64,000 nt of DNA, from assembly GCA_943787795.1 (NCBI GenBank), contig CALSNU010000001.1, positions 448,001 through 512,000 on the forward strand, written 5' to 3'. The DNA is from an uncultured bacterium (lineage in GTDB: Bacteria > Planctomycetota > UBA1135 > GCA-002686595). Both the position numbers and the translations under genes were made by a program. The notes under the pieces are model-generated. The model saw only the letters and a list, made by a program, of their open reading frames with translations. It ran no database searches and was not told the DNA's origin. Shown piece after piece: positions 1 through 9,048 of this stretch (position 1 is the first letter of the stretch; each line of letters starts with the position of its first letter).

Positions 1-92
1 GCTCGTGGTGGGGCAGCGTGGCACCCACATCTGCACCCGTTGTCAGCCCAGCCCCCGCCCGCCCCGGGCCGGCCGGCCGTAGAATCCTCGCC

Positions 93-662
93 ATGCTTGA
101 TACCACGAACTTCAAGAAGGGTCTCTGTGTCGTCCACCGCGACGAGCCGTGCATCATCGTCGACTACACCGTCTCGACGCCCACGGCCCGCGGTGGCAAC
201 ACCATCTTCAAGACCAAGCTGCGCAACCTGAAGACGGGTCAGATCTACAACGACACGATCCGCAGCGGGGACAAGTTCGCCGAGGTGGACCTCGAGCGCC
301 ACGGCGCGTCGTACCTCTACAACGACGGCAAGCGCTGGTACTTCATGGACGACGAGTCCTACGAGCAGTTTGACCTCGGCGTCGATGAGATGTCGGGGGA
401 CGAGCTCTACATCAGCGACGGCATGGAGGGGATCCAGGCGGTGCTCATCGACGGCCTGGTGGTCTCGATCCAGCTGCCCCTTAGCGTGGCCCTCGACGTG
501 GTCGAGTGCGACCCCTCGATCAAGGGGGCGACCGCCCAGGCCCAGCTCAAGCCGGCGGTCTGCGCCACCGGGCTCAAGGTGCAGGTGCCTTCCTACGTGG
601 AGATCGGGACCCGCATCCGCGTCGACACCCGCGACGGCCACTTCCTCGAGCGCGAGAAGTAG
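93..662 (+). CDS. efp: Elongation factor P family protein, EfpL/YeiP-like (Arg-tipped loop)
   Basis: EF-P architecture: KOW N-terminus, YLYNDG..WYFMDDESYEQ OB domain, C-terminal KPA...TGLKVQVPSYVEIG..IRVDTRDG. Loop reads STPTARGG rather than KPGKG. ATG at 93 preferred over GTG at 18. Confidence 0.92.
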   Translation: MLDTTNFKKGLCVVHRDEPCIIVDYTVSTPTARGGNTIFKTKLRNLKTGQIYNDTIRSGDKFAEVDLERHGASYLYNDGKRWYFMDDESYEQFDLGVDEMSGDELYISDGMEGIQAVLIDGLVVSIQLPLSVALDVVECDPSIKGATAQAQLKPAVCATGLKVQVPSYVEIGTRIRVDTRDGHFLEREK

Positions 663-671
663 GCCCGCCGC

Positions 672-1823
672 TCAGAACGACCAGCTCACCCCGACCGTCG
701 TCCTGAAGTCGTCGGGCAGCGGGACCACGCCGCTCGCGTTGGCGGCGGGCTCGTTGACCCGGTCCCAGACAAAGGACACGTCGAGCTCGAGGTCGTCCGT
801 CAGGTCGACGGAGAGGGACGTCACCATGTTGTGGTTGTTCGCCGCCGTGTCCGGGAAGGGGACCGTCAGGCTGTAGTTCCAGTTCAGCTCGATGTTGGAC
901 GTGATGTCCCAGTCGAACTCGCTCGAGAGCACGCCGGCAAAGGTGTCCTGGGTGGAGCCCTCGCTGGTCGCCCCGGCGTCGAGCCGGGTGCTCTGATAGG
1001 CCGGGCCAGCGCTCACCCGGAGCTTCTGGTCCAGCGTGTCGACCACCTTGTAGCCGAGCGCCGCGTAAGGCCGGGTCCGCAGGTCGATGTTCTGGACCCT
1101 GTCCCGGTAGAACTCGATCCCCGGGAGCGTCACGAAGGTCCGCTCCGTCAGGTAGAGGTCGAGGGTCGAGGTCAGGCGGTGGTTGTTGGCGGTCTCCACG
1201 TCCTGGACCGTGCTGATCACGCCCGAGTACTTCGCCTGGGCCCGGGAGCGCGCGCGCTCGAGGAGGACGGTCGCCCCGCCGGTGAGGTCGACCTGGTCGG
1301 TGTTGCCTGACCTGGCGGCGAAGCCGAGGTCCAGGCTCCCCGACAGCCGCCCCTTGTCACTGTCGCCGGCCGCCACCACGGCCAGCAGGTCGGACCGGTC
1401 GATCTGTACCGTCCTGTCGCCCACCACCCAGACCTTCTGCCCGTCCATGACCAGCCGCCCGGAGAAGACGCGGTTGTCGTCGGTCACCACGAAGTCGGTC
1501 TGGGCCGAGTGGATCTTGGTGACGTCGTCCCGGTCGAACGTCTGGAGGTCGAGCTTGTCGCTGTCAAAGTCGAGGCTGTCGTCCCGGACTCGCAGGAGTT
1601 CGCCGCGCAGCCACTCGCCGGAGACAAGCTGAATCCAGTCCGCGCCGTCGTTGGTATCCACCGCTTGCGGGCCCTCGGGGACGGCGTCGGTGGGGGGCGG
1701 CTCCAGGTTGGCGTCGCTGGGGCTCCGGGCCCGCTCGAGCAGGTCGGGCACCTTGCAGGCCGGGGTCCAGATCAGGGCGGAGGCCAGCGCGAACCGTCCC
1801 AAGAGGGGGAGGCCCGAGGTCAC
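672..1823 (-). CDS. DUF481-family outer-membrane beta-barrel protein with N-terminal extra domain
   Basis: Signal-like N-terminus ending in PAC. LDLGFAARSGNTD motif, alternating beta-strand pattern, C-terminal TTVGVSWSF with terminal Phe. Confidence 0.75.
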   Translation of the reverse strand: MTSGLPLLGRFALASALIWTPACKVPDLLERARSPSDANLEPPPTDAVPEGPQAVDTNDGADWIQLVSGEWLRGELLRVRDDSLDFDSDKLDLQTFDRDDVTKIHSAQTDFVVTDDNRVFSGRLVMDGQKVWVVGDRTVQIDRSDLLAVVAAGDSDKGRLSGSLDLGFAARSGNTDQVDLTGGATVLLERARSRAQAKYSGVISTVQDVETANNHRLTSTLDLYLTERTFVTLPGIEFYRDRVQNIDLRTRPYAALGYKVVDTLDQKLRVSAGPAYQSTRLDAGATSEGSTQDTFAGVLSSEFDWDITSNIELNWNYSLTVPFPDTAANNHNMVTSLSVDLTDDLELDVSFVWDRVNEPAANASGVVPLPDDFRTTVGVSWSF

Positions 1824-2941
1824 CGGTCGCCCCTGTGAAAGGCGCGGACGATGGAGGTCGCGTCGCCGGAGCTCAGCCCCTTCTTCGGGTGATAAAGGAC
1901 CGTCCGTTGCCGGGGACCGGAGGCGTCCTCGTTCAGCGTGTCCACCACGGTGAAGCCGACGCCGTCGGAGGTGACGCGGGCGCCGTCTCCCGAGCCCGGC
2001 GGGTTGAACTTGCCGCCCGGGGCGGGGAAGCCCTGGAAGGTGATGCTCTCGTCACCGGAGAGCTGGAGGTCGCGCAGGATCAGCGCGTCGTCGCCGGCCG
2101 CCACGATGGCCACCTGCTCCTCCAACCGTGCCTCGCCCTCGGCCCCTGTGACGCTGAACTGCTGGAGGATGCTGCGCCCCATGAGCTCGGTCCTTCGCAG
2201 CCGCTTCGGGAGCGGAGTGGCCTCCCCACGGACCGCGAGGGCGCCCGGGTCCTCGGCCTCCGGTGAGGGGGGCTGCCAGAGGACCTCGCCGCGGGCCGTG
2301 ATCGAACGGCCGCCGCGGCGCCAGTCGTCGCGGGAGACCGCGCCCTCCGCTCGGATGGCGACCACGCTCCAGTTGTCGCGGGCGTACTGGATCGAGGGCC
2401 CCTCGGGGAACCTGATGAGCCGGCTGGGGTGGAGGCCCAGGTCACCCGTGGGGGCGCTCTCGGGGAGCCCGGGCGCCATCAACGGCCCGTCGAGGACCTC
2501 GGGGCGATCCGCGGCCTCGGCGAGGCACTCCTGCGCGGTGGGCGCCGTCCCCGCCGGACCGAGAGCGAGCACGTGCCGGGCGAGCACGCTGCGCTCGTGT
2601 TCGGTGAGGGAGTCGGCGAAGGACGGCATGGCCGTCCCTGGGATGCCTCGCTTGAGCGTCCGGGTGACCGCGGCGATGGTGTTGCCGTAGATATAGCCGC
2701 CCTCAACGAAGCTCCGCGCGGGCCGCTCCAGCTCGGTGACTCCGTTGCCGTCGCCGCGCTCGCCGTGGCACTGGGCGCAGTGCAGGGCGTACAGCTCGGA
2801 GGTGCTCTTGGGCGCTGGCCGCGCAGACACCGCGAGCCCGGCGGGGAGCTCGGCGGTCGGCGTCATGGCCGTGCTCACGTGGACCGCGGTCGCGACGGCG
2901 ACCACGGCGGCTGCGGTGAGGACGATGCGGGGGAGGACCAT
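1820..2941 (-). CDS. Exported mono-heme c-type cytochrome with uncharacterised C-terminal domain
   Basis: Signal peptide MVLPRIVLTAAAVVAVATA, heme motif CAQCH, distal Met in GIPGTAMPSF. Start moved to ATG 2941. Stop overlaps the next gene (GTGA). Confidence 0.8.
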   Translation of the reverse strand: MVLPRIVLTAAAVVAVATAVHVSTAMTPTAELPAGLAVSARPAPKSTSELYALHCAQCHGERGDGNGVTELERPARSFVEGGYIYGNTIAAVTRTLKRGIPGTAMPSFADSLTEHERSVLARHVLALGPAGTAPTAQECLAEAADRPEVLDGPLMAPGLPESAPTGDLGLHPSRLIRFPEGPSIQYARDNWSVVAIRAEGAVSRDDWRRGGRSITARGEVLWQPPSPEAEDPGALAVRGEATPLPKRLRRTELMGRSILQQFSVTGAEGEARLEEQVAIVAAGDDALILRDLQLSGDESITFQGFPAPGGKFNPPGSGDGARVTSDGVGFTVVDTLNEDASGPRQRTVLYHPKKGLSSGDATSIVRAFHRGDR

Positions 2942-2984
2942 GGGCCCCCAGATTAGCTCCGAAGCGCCGGGCTTGCTGCCCTGA

Positions 2985-3584
2985 TCAGGCCTCGCCGCGC
3001 GCCATCTCGACGGCGCGCAGGCCCTGCTCGAGGTGACGGTCGGTGTGGGCGACGAGGTACGACCACATGTCGCCCATCCGCAGGCGGAGGAACGGACCGA
3101 GCAGCGTGTTCGAGCGCGCGTGGAGGTCAATCCCCTCGCAGCGCTCCAGGAGTCTCACCATGCGATCAAGCTGAGCCCCGTAGCGCTGAAGTGTCGCAGC
3201 GACCGGGATCTGCTCCGGGTCTCGCAGCGGGTCGTACCGGCCGAGGGTCGGCCCCTTGAAGCGGATCCGCGGCGGGGCGGCGTGGCCCCGCGCTGGTGTC
3301 GGCGCGAGGGCTGCGCAGATGCGGCGGCCCAGGGCGCCGGGGCGATACTCACCTACGGGGGACAGGCCGCGCTGCTCGGCGCGCGCCACGGCCCTCTCCA
3401 TGTGGTGGAGGTACATGTCGTTGGCCCGCCCGATGTGTTCGAGGCAGTCCGCGGCGCTCCACGCGCGCGAGGAGGGGCGCTGCTCGAGGGTCCCCTCGGG
3501 CAGCGCCTTCCAGTCCCTGAGCGTCACCTCACGGTGCCGCTCGAGGTCAGCGTGAAGAGCGGCGAGGGCGTCCGCGGTCCGCAT
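2985..3584 (-). CDS. DinB-family protein
   Basis: WSAADCLEHI and LVAHTDRHLEQ His motifs typical of DinB_2 four-helix bundles. Confidence 0.8.
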   Translation of the reverse strand: MRTADALAALHADLERHREVTLRDWKALPEGTLEQRPSSRAWSAADCLEHIGRANDMYLHHMERAVARAEQRGLSPVGEYRPGALGRRICAALAPTPARGHAAPPRIRFKGPTLGRYDPLRDPEQIPVAATLQRYGAQLDRMVRLLERCEGIDLHARSNTLLGPFLRLRMGDMWSYLVAHTDRHLEQGLRAVEMARGEA

Positions 3585-3600
3585 GGGCTCCTGCGCGGTC

Positions 3601-4071
3601 TCAGGCGCGCATGCGCCAGACCGAATCGACCTCGGGCACGCCGGGCCACTGCTCGGCTGCGAGCGCGAGGTAGAGCGTCACGTCGGCGGGGTCGTACTTC
3701 CCGTCGAGGTCCGCCACCGTGCTCGAGATCTTGTCGGCGGCGGGCTTGGATTCCTCGACGCTCTTGATCATCCCGTCCTCGTGCTCGACGTCGGTGCCGT
3801 CGAGGAAGTCGGTGACGATGTCCTTCGCGTTCTTCATGAGGTAGCTGCCGAAGAGCTCGTAGCAGAGCTCCGCGTTGCCGCCGCGCACGAGGATCGAGTG
3901 CGCCGTCTTGGACCGCTTGGCGAAGGGGAGCTTGCGGATCGCGTGGGGCCGGAACTTGAGGGCCTGGGCGACCTCCCCGTCCAGCGGGCCGAAGCCGTCC
4001 TGCGCGAGTGACTCGTAGATCTGGAGGAAGCGCTCCTCCTTCATCTTCTTCAGCTGTTCGATGACCTGCAT
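3601..4071 (-). CDS. Hypothetical protein
   Basis: Strong GC3 codon bias and normal globular composition from ATG 4071 (MQVIEQLKK). No family recognised. Confidence 0.7.
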   Translation of the reverse strand: MQVIEQLKKMKEERFLQIYESLAQDGFGPLDGEVAQALKFRPHAIRKLPFAKRSKTAHSILVRGGNAELCYELFGSYLMKNAKDIVTDFLDGTDVEHEDGMIKSVEESKPAADKISSTVADLDGKYDPADVTLYLALAAEQWPGVPEVDSVWRMRA

Positions 4072-4155
4072 GGTGCTCTGTCCTGTCGGCGTATGGAGCG
4101 CCGAAACGGGCCGAGAGATTACCAACCAGCGTCGCGGAGTGCGCAGAATGACGTC

Positions 4156-4941
4156 ATGGAGCCCAGATCATCCCACCCCGTCCAGCCGGCGGCGCCCAAT
4201 CGCTTCACCCGCGCGGAAGCGACCTTCGCTGCGCTCTCGTCCCTGTTCGTGGTCACCCTCGTGCTCACCAATGTGATCGGAACCAAGCTCTTTCAGCTCC
4301 CCGTCCCCGGGTTCCTCGAGGGGCTCGCAGGCGGCCCAACGGTGACATTGACATCGGGGATCATCACCTACCCCGTGACCTTCCTGCTGACCGATACGGT
4401 CGCGGAAATCTGGGGCCATCAGCGGGCGCGCTTCATGGTCTGGGCCGGCTTCCTCATGAGCTTCCTCATGCTCGGGATCCTCCAGCTCGCGATCCACCTG
4501 CCCCCGTCCCCGATCTGGATGGTGGAGGGCTTCGGCTTCGAGGACCACCTCGGCATGCAGAACGCGTTCCACGCGACGTTCTCGGCGCCGGGCGTCCTGC
4601 TGGCCTCCTCGATGACCGCGTACCTCGTGGCCCAGCTCTTCGACGTGAAGCTCTACCACTTCTGGTGGAGGGTCACCGGGGGCAAGCACCTCTGGCTGCG
4701 CAACAACGGCTCCACCTGGATCAGCCAGCTCGTGGACACGAGCATCGTCAACTCGATCTTCCTGCGCTTCGGGCTGGGCCTCGAGTGGGAGCCGATCATG
4801 GCGATCATCGCGGCCAACTACCTGGTCAAGGTGGTCCTGGCCGTGGTCGATACGCCCCTGATCTACGCGTCGCGCATGGGCCTCGAGAGGTGGCTGGGCA
4901 TCGAGCATGACCCCAGCCGCGCCGAGGCGCCGCTCGCCTGA
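4156..4941 (+). CDS. yhhQ: Queuosine precursor transporter (YhhQ/Vut_1 family)
   Basis: Multi-TM protein with YPVTFLLTD..AEIWG, SMTAYLVAQLFDV and WLRNNGSTWISQLVDT motifs. Confidence 0.88.
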   Translation: MEPRSSHPVQPAAPNRFTRAEATFAALSSLFVVTLVLTNVIGTKLFQLPVPGFLEGLAGGPTVTLTSGIITYPVTFLLTDTVAEIWGHQRARFMVWAGFLMSFLMLGILQLAIHLPPSPIWMVEGFGFEDHLGMQNAFHATFSAPGVLLASSMTAYLVAQLFDVKLYHFWWRVTGGKHLWLRNNGSTWISQLVDTSIVNSIFLRFGLGLEWEPIMAIIAANYLVKVVLAVVDTPLIYASRMGLERWLGIEHDPSRAEAPLA

Positions 4942-4960
4942 CCGGAGGGGCCGGCGGGCC

Positions 4961-5410
4961 TCAGCCCATCCCGTCGATGGTCAGGACCCGGGCCCGGAAG
5001 CGAGCGGGCTGGCCGGCGAGCGGGTGGTTCGCGTCGAGGATCACCGCGTCCGGGTTGACCTCGATGATCAGCGCGTCGATCTCGGCGGTGCCGTCCTGAT
5101 CGTCCTCCACCGTGACGGCCACGGCGATTCCCTTCTCCAGCTGGAGGTCTTCGGGGAAGTCCTCGCGCGGAACGGAGACGATGGCCTGGGGGTCGTGGGG
5201 GCCGAACGCCTCACCGGCTGGGCAGGTCACGTCGAGGGCGCCGCCCACCTCGAGGCCGGTGAGCGCCTCCTCGACGGTCGGCGGGAGCTCTCCGTCGCCG
5301 ACCCGGACCTCGAGAGCTTCACCCTCGGCCGTCGTCTCGAGGATCTCTCCTTCTCCGTCCATGAGGTCGATCTCGAGCTCAACCAGGGATCCTTGTTTGA
5401 TGGTCGTCAT
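4961..5410 (-). CDS. slyD: FKBP-type peptidyl-prolyl isomerase (SlyD/FkpB-like)
   Basis: EEALTGLEVG..PAGEAFG and LDANHPLAGQ motifs. No His-rich tail. Confidence 0.85.
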   Translation of the reverse strand: MTTIKQGSLVELEIDLMDGEGEILETTAEGEALEVRVGDGELPPTVEEALTGLEVGGALDVTCPAGEAFGPHDPQAIVSVPREDFPEDLQLEKGIAVAVTVEDDQDGTAEIDALIIEVNPDAVILDANHPLAGQPARFRARVLTIDGMG

Positions 5411-7424
5411 GGGGGGGGGTAGCCCTCTCGGGCGGTGCTTTGGGTGGGGCGGCTTGCGGCCCGGACTGGGGTGGAGGGGTGGCGGGGACCAGGGTGTCCC
5501 GCGAGTGAGCGTGGGCCGGGGGACGCAGGTAGGTGTAGCCCGCCAGGGCGTCCTCGTATCGGCGCCAGAACAGCGCAGATTCCTCGTAGGTGAGGCGCCC
5601 GGCCTGGAGGGCGTCCTCCACGTGGCCGCGCAGCGAGCGCAGGAGGTCGGCCTCGGAGTAGTCGACGTACTCGAGCACCTCGCGGACGCGGTCGCCGCGC
5701 AGGACGTGGGTGAGCTTCGAGCGGCCCGCCTCGTCGAGGTCCACGTGCACGATGTTCGTGTCCCCGAACAGGTTGTGCATGTCCCCGAGGATTTCCTGGT
5801 AGGCGCCGACCAGGAAGAAGCCCATGAAGTACGCCTCGTCCGGCTGCTGCTCGTGCACCTCGAGGGTGTGCTTGACCCCGCGCAGGTCGATGAACTTCTG
5901 GATCGTGCCGTCGGAGTCGCAGGTCAGGTCCGCGAGCACCGTGCGGCGGCGCGGCTCCTCGTCCAGCCGCTGGATGGGCAAGACGGGGAACATCTGCCCG
6001 ATGGCCCAGGCGTCGGGCAGGGACTGGAACACCGACATGTTCAGGAACATCGTGTCCGCGAGGGCCTTCTCCAGGTCGTCGAGGTCCTCGGGCGCGTACT
6101 CGATCTTCCGGGCCGTGTTGAGGACGGCGCGGCAGGCCCGCCAGAAGTGCTCCTCGACCTGGGCGCGCTCGTCCAGTCCGAGCTGGCCCGTGTTGAACAG
6201 GAGCATGGCCTGCTCCCGGAGGTCGAGGGCGTCGTGGTAGACCTCGAGGTACTTGCGGGGCGTGACCATGGCCGGGAGCTCCGCCATGGACTGGACCACC
6301 TCGGGGGCGTCCTGGGCCACCGGGGCGGTCTCGTCGCAGGGGTCGAAGGTGGTCACGCCCACGGCCTCCGCGATCAGCACAGCGTGGTGGGCCACGAGGG
6401 CACGACCGGACTCCGTCACAATGGTGGGGGCCGGGATCCCGTTCTCCTGGACGGCCTCCGCGAGGGCGTAGACGACGTCGTTGGCGTACTCCTGGAGGGA
6501 GTAGTTCTTGCTCGACTCGAAGTCGGTGCAGGAGCCGTCGTAGTCGATACCCAGGCCGCCCCCCGCGTCGAACCACCGGATGCTGGCGCCCAGGCGGGTG
6601 AGGCCCACGAGGATGTTGGTGGCCTCGCGCATGGCGTGCTTGATCGAGCGAATGTGCGTGATCTGGCTGCCGATGTGGAAGTGCAGTAGCTCGAGGCAGT
6701 CCAGCATCTGCTCCTCGCGCAGGACCTCGACCAGCTGCACGATCTCGCGCGTGGTGAGCCCGAACTTGGAGCGGTCGCCGACCGAGTCCTGCCAGCGACC
6801 CGAGGAGCGGAAGGAGAGCTTGCAGCGCACGCCGATACGCGGACGGATCTCCAGGCTGCGGGCGGCCTCGATGATGGTGCGGAGCTCGGTGAACTTCTCG
6901 ACCACGATGATCGGCGTGATCCCGAGCTTCGAGGAGAGCATCGCGGTCTCCACGTACTCGGCGTCCTTGTAGCCGTTGCAGATCATCAGCGCATGCTCGC
7001 CGGCCTCGAGGGCGATGCCGGCGATGAGCTCGGGCTTGCTGCCGACCTCGAGCCCCATGCCGAAGCGGCGGCCCTCGCTCATGAGCGTCTCGACCACCGA
7101 GCGCTCCTGGTTGACCTTGATCGGGAACACGCCCCGGTAGGGCGCCTCGTACCCGTACTCCTCGCGGGCGTTCTGGAAGGCCGCGTTCAGGTCGCGCACG
7201 CGCGCGCGAAGCAGCCCGTCGAAGCGCAGCAGCAGCGGCGTCGAGACGCCGCGGCGTCGGATCTGGGCGACGAGCTCGAAGAGGTCGATGCCGGGCCCCG
7301 GGTCGTCGGCGGTGGCCTCGGGGTGGACCTGGACGCGGCCCGCGTCGCTGACCCGCACGTACGGACGACCCCACTTCTCGACGAGGTAGAGGTCCGCGCT
7401 CTGTTCGGGGGTCCAGTGGGTCAT
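5379..7424 (-). CDS. speA: Biosynthetic arginine decarboxylase
   Basis: VFPIKVNQ (PLP Lys), GLEVGSKPEL, CNGYKD, HFHIGSQI, DLTCDSDG and GAYQEILGDMHNLFGD motifs. Start at ATG 7424 (MTHWT). Confidence 0.95.
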   Translation of the reverse strand: MTHWTPEQSADLYLVEKWGRPYVRVSDAGRVQVHPEATADDPGPGIDLFELVAQIRRRGVSTPLLLRFDGLLRARVRDLNAAFQNAREEYGYEAPYRGVFPIKVNQERSVVETLMSEGRRFGMGLEVGSKPELIAGIALEAGEHALMICNGYKDAEYVETAMLSSKLGITPIIVVEKFTELRTIIEAARSLEIRPRIGVRCKLSFRSSGRWQDSVGDRSKFGLTTREIVQLVEVLREEQMLDCLELLHFHIGSQITHIRSIKHAMREATNILVGLTRLGASIRWFDAGGGLGIDYDGSCTDFESSKNYSLQEYANDVVYALAEAVQENGIPAPTIVTESGRALVAHHAVLIAEAVGVTTFDPCDETAPVAQDAPEVVQSMAELPAMVTPRKYLEVYHDALDLREQAMLLFNTGQLGLDERAQVEEHFWRACRAVLNTARKIEYAPEDLDDLEKALADTMFLNMSVFQSLPDAWAIGQMFPVLPIQRLDEEPRRRTVLADLTCDSDGTIQKFIDLRGVKHTLEVHEQQPDEAYFMGFFLVGAYQEILGDMHNLFGDTNIVHVDLDEAGRSKLTHVLRGDRVREVLEYVDYSEADLLRSLRGHVEDALQAGRLTYEESALFWRRYEDALAGYTYLRPPAHAHSRDTLVPATPPPQSGPQAAPPKAPPERATPPHDDHQTRIPG

Positions 7425-7551
7425 GGGGGAGGGAGGCCTCGAGGGTGGGTGGCCTCGCAGGTCGGGCGGCCAAGGATAGCGGCGCCGTGAGCGGGGGGTG
7501 GTCGCCAGTGTTTTTCTGATGGAGCCGAGGGTCCCTAGGTATGGTCTGAGA

Positions 7552-9048
7552 ATGACTCGAATTCGCATGACGCGCTCCATGAGCGCCCTCTTGAAGGGCG
7601 CCGACGCCCTGCTCGTGGTGGCCCCCAAGGCCCGCTTCGAGGACGGCTCGTTCCTCGACTGCCTCCCGGAGCCGCTGATGCGGCTGGCCCTCGACCTCGC
7701 GAGCGACCTGGAGCCGGGCCGGAACGGGCTCGCAGCCGGGACGCTGACGGGGGAGGCGCCTCGGAAGCTGGCGGTCGGAGTGCTCCCGGACGAGGTCTCC
7801 CGGCACAACTCTCCGGCGCGTGCGGAGGCCATCCGGCGCGTCGTGGCCCAGTCCAGCACGGGCCGCAAGGGCTCCGCGGCGATCCTGCTGGTCCTCGATG
7901 ACGCCGAGCACTTCACGGCCGCCATGGGGGCCGTGGGCAAGGCGCTCCCGCTCTACCGCAAGCCTGCGCGCCTGACGGCGACCGGCCGGCCGGGCAAGCC
8001 CGCCGCCGAGCCCAAGCTCAGCGTCATGGCCATCGGGCCGGACGATCAATCCATCGCGCCGCCCAAGACGATCATGCCCACGGTGGACGGTGCCAGGCTC
8101 GCGGCCCGCCTCGTGGACGTGCCGCCCACCGAGCTCAACCCCAAGGCCTTCCAGGCCGAGGCCCAGAAGCTCCTGCGGGGCGTGACCGGGGTGACTCGCA
8201 AGGCGATCGTCGGGGACGCGCTCCTGAAGGCGGGCCTGGGTGGGATCCACGGCGTCGGCCGTACCGCGCTCGAGGCGCCGCGCATGCTGGTCTACACGTA
8301 CACGCCGACCGCGAAGAGCCGCGCCAAGCGGCACATCGCGCTGGTGGGCAAGGGCGTGACCTATGACACCGGCGGCCTCTCCCTGAAGATCAGCGGCGGC
8401 ATGGTCGGCATGAAGGCCGACATGGGCGGCGCGGCGGCGGTGCTCGGCGCCTTCCACTCCCTCGTGAAGGGCGGCGCGCCCTGCAAGGTCAGCGCGGTCA
8501 TCTGCCTCGCCGAGAACGCCATTGGCCCCGCGGCGGTCAAGCCCGACGACGTGCTGCGCATGCACAGCGGGATGACCGTGGAGATCAACAACACGGACGC
8601 GGAGGGGCGCCTGCTCCTCGCGGACGGGGTGAGCTACGCCGCGCGCAACCTCAAGGCGGACACGGTCATCGACATCGCGACCCTGACGGGGGCGCAGGGC
8701 GTCGCCACAGGCGCCATGCATGGCGCGTTGATCGCCAGCGACGAGGACCTCGAGCGGACGATCTTCGCGGCGGGCCGCGCCTGCGGTGACCTCGTGCACC
8801 CGATCCCCTACGCGCCGGAGTTCTACCGGGACGAGTTCAAGAGTCAGATCGCCGACATGAAGAACTCCGTGGCGAACCGCATGAACGCCCAATCCAGCTG
8901 CGCGGGCGAGTTCGTCCACTGGCACCTCGACGGGACCGACGCTCGCTGGGCGCACGTCGACATGGCCTTCCCCGCCGTCCGCGGCGGCCGCGGCACTGGC
9001 TATGGCGTCGCCCTCCTCACCCAGGCCGTCCGAGACCTCGCCTCATGA
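7552..9048 (+). CDS. M17 leucyl aminopeptidase family (NPEPL1-like)
   Basis: VGKGVTYDTGGLSLK, MKADMGGAA, NTDAEGRL and DIATLTGA metal-binding motifs. Confidence 0.92.
   Translation: MTRIRMTRSMSALLKGADALLVVAPKARFEDGSFLDCLPEPLMRLALDLASDLEPGRNGLAAGTLTGEAPRKLAVGVLPDEVSRHNSPARAEAIRRVVAQSSTGRKGSAAILLVLDDAEHFTAAMGAVGKALPLYRKPARLTATGRPGKPAAEPKLSVMAIGPDDQSIAPPKTIMPTVDGARLAARLVDVPPTELNPKAFQAEAQKLLRGVTGVTRKAIVGDALLKAGLGGIHGVGRTALEAPRMLVYTYTPTAKSRAKRHIALVGKGVTYDTGGLSLKISGGMVGMKADMGGAAAVLGAFHSLVKGGAPCKVSAVICLAENAIGPAAVKPDDVLRMHSGMTVEINNTDAEGRLLLADGVSYAARNLKADTVIDIATLTGAQGVATGAMHGALIASDEDLERTIFAAGRACGDLVHPIPYAPEFYRDEFKSQIADMKNSVANRMNAQSSCAGEFVHWHLDGTDARWAHVDMAFPAVRGGRGTGYGVALLTQAVRDLAS

Noticed and set aside
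5379..7940. ORF-track N-terminal extensions (speA, cytochrome c, thiolases, cyclophilin, ispH, crotonase and others)
   Set aside because: The extensions overlap neighbouring genes or are low-complexity, and family similarity begins at downstream starts.
5407..8955. 1182-aa minus-strand ORF and the 525-aa plus-strand ORF 5112-6689
   Set aside because: Shadow frames of speA and the aminopeptidase. Arg/Gly/Pro- or Val/Glu-rich with no motifs, as expected at high GC3.
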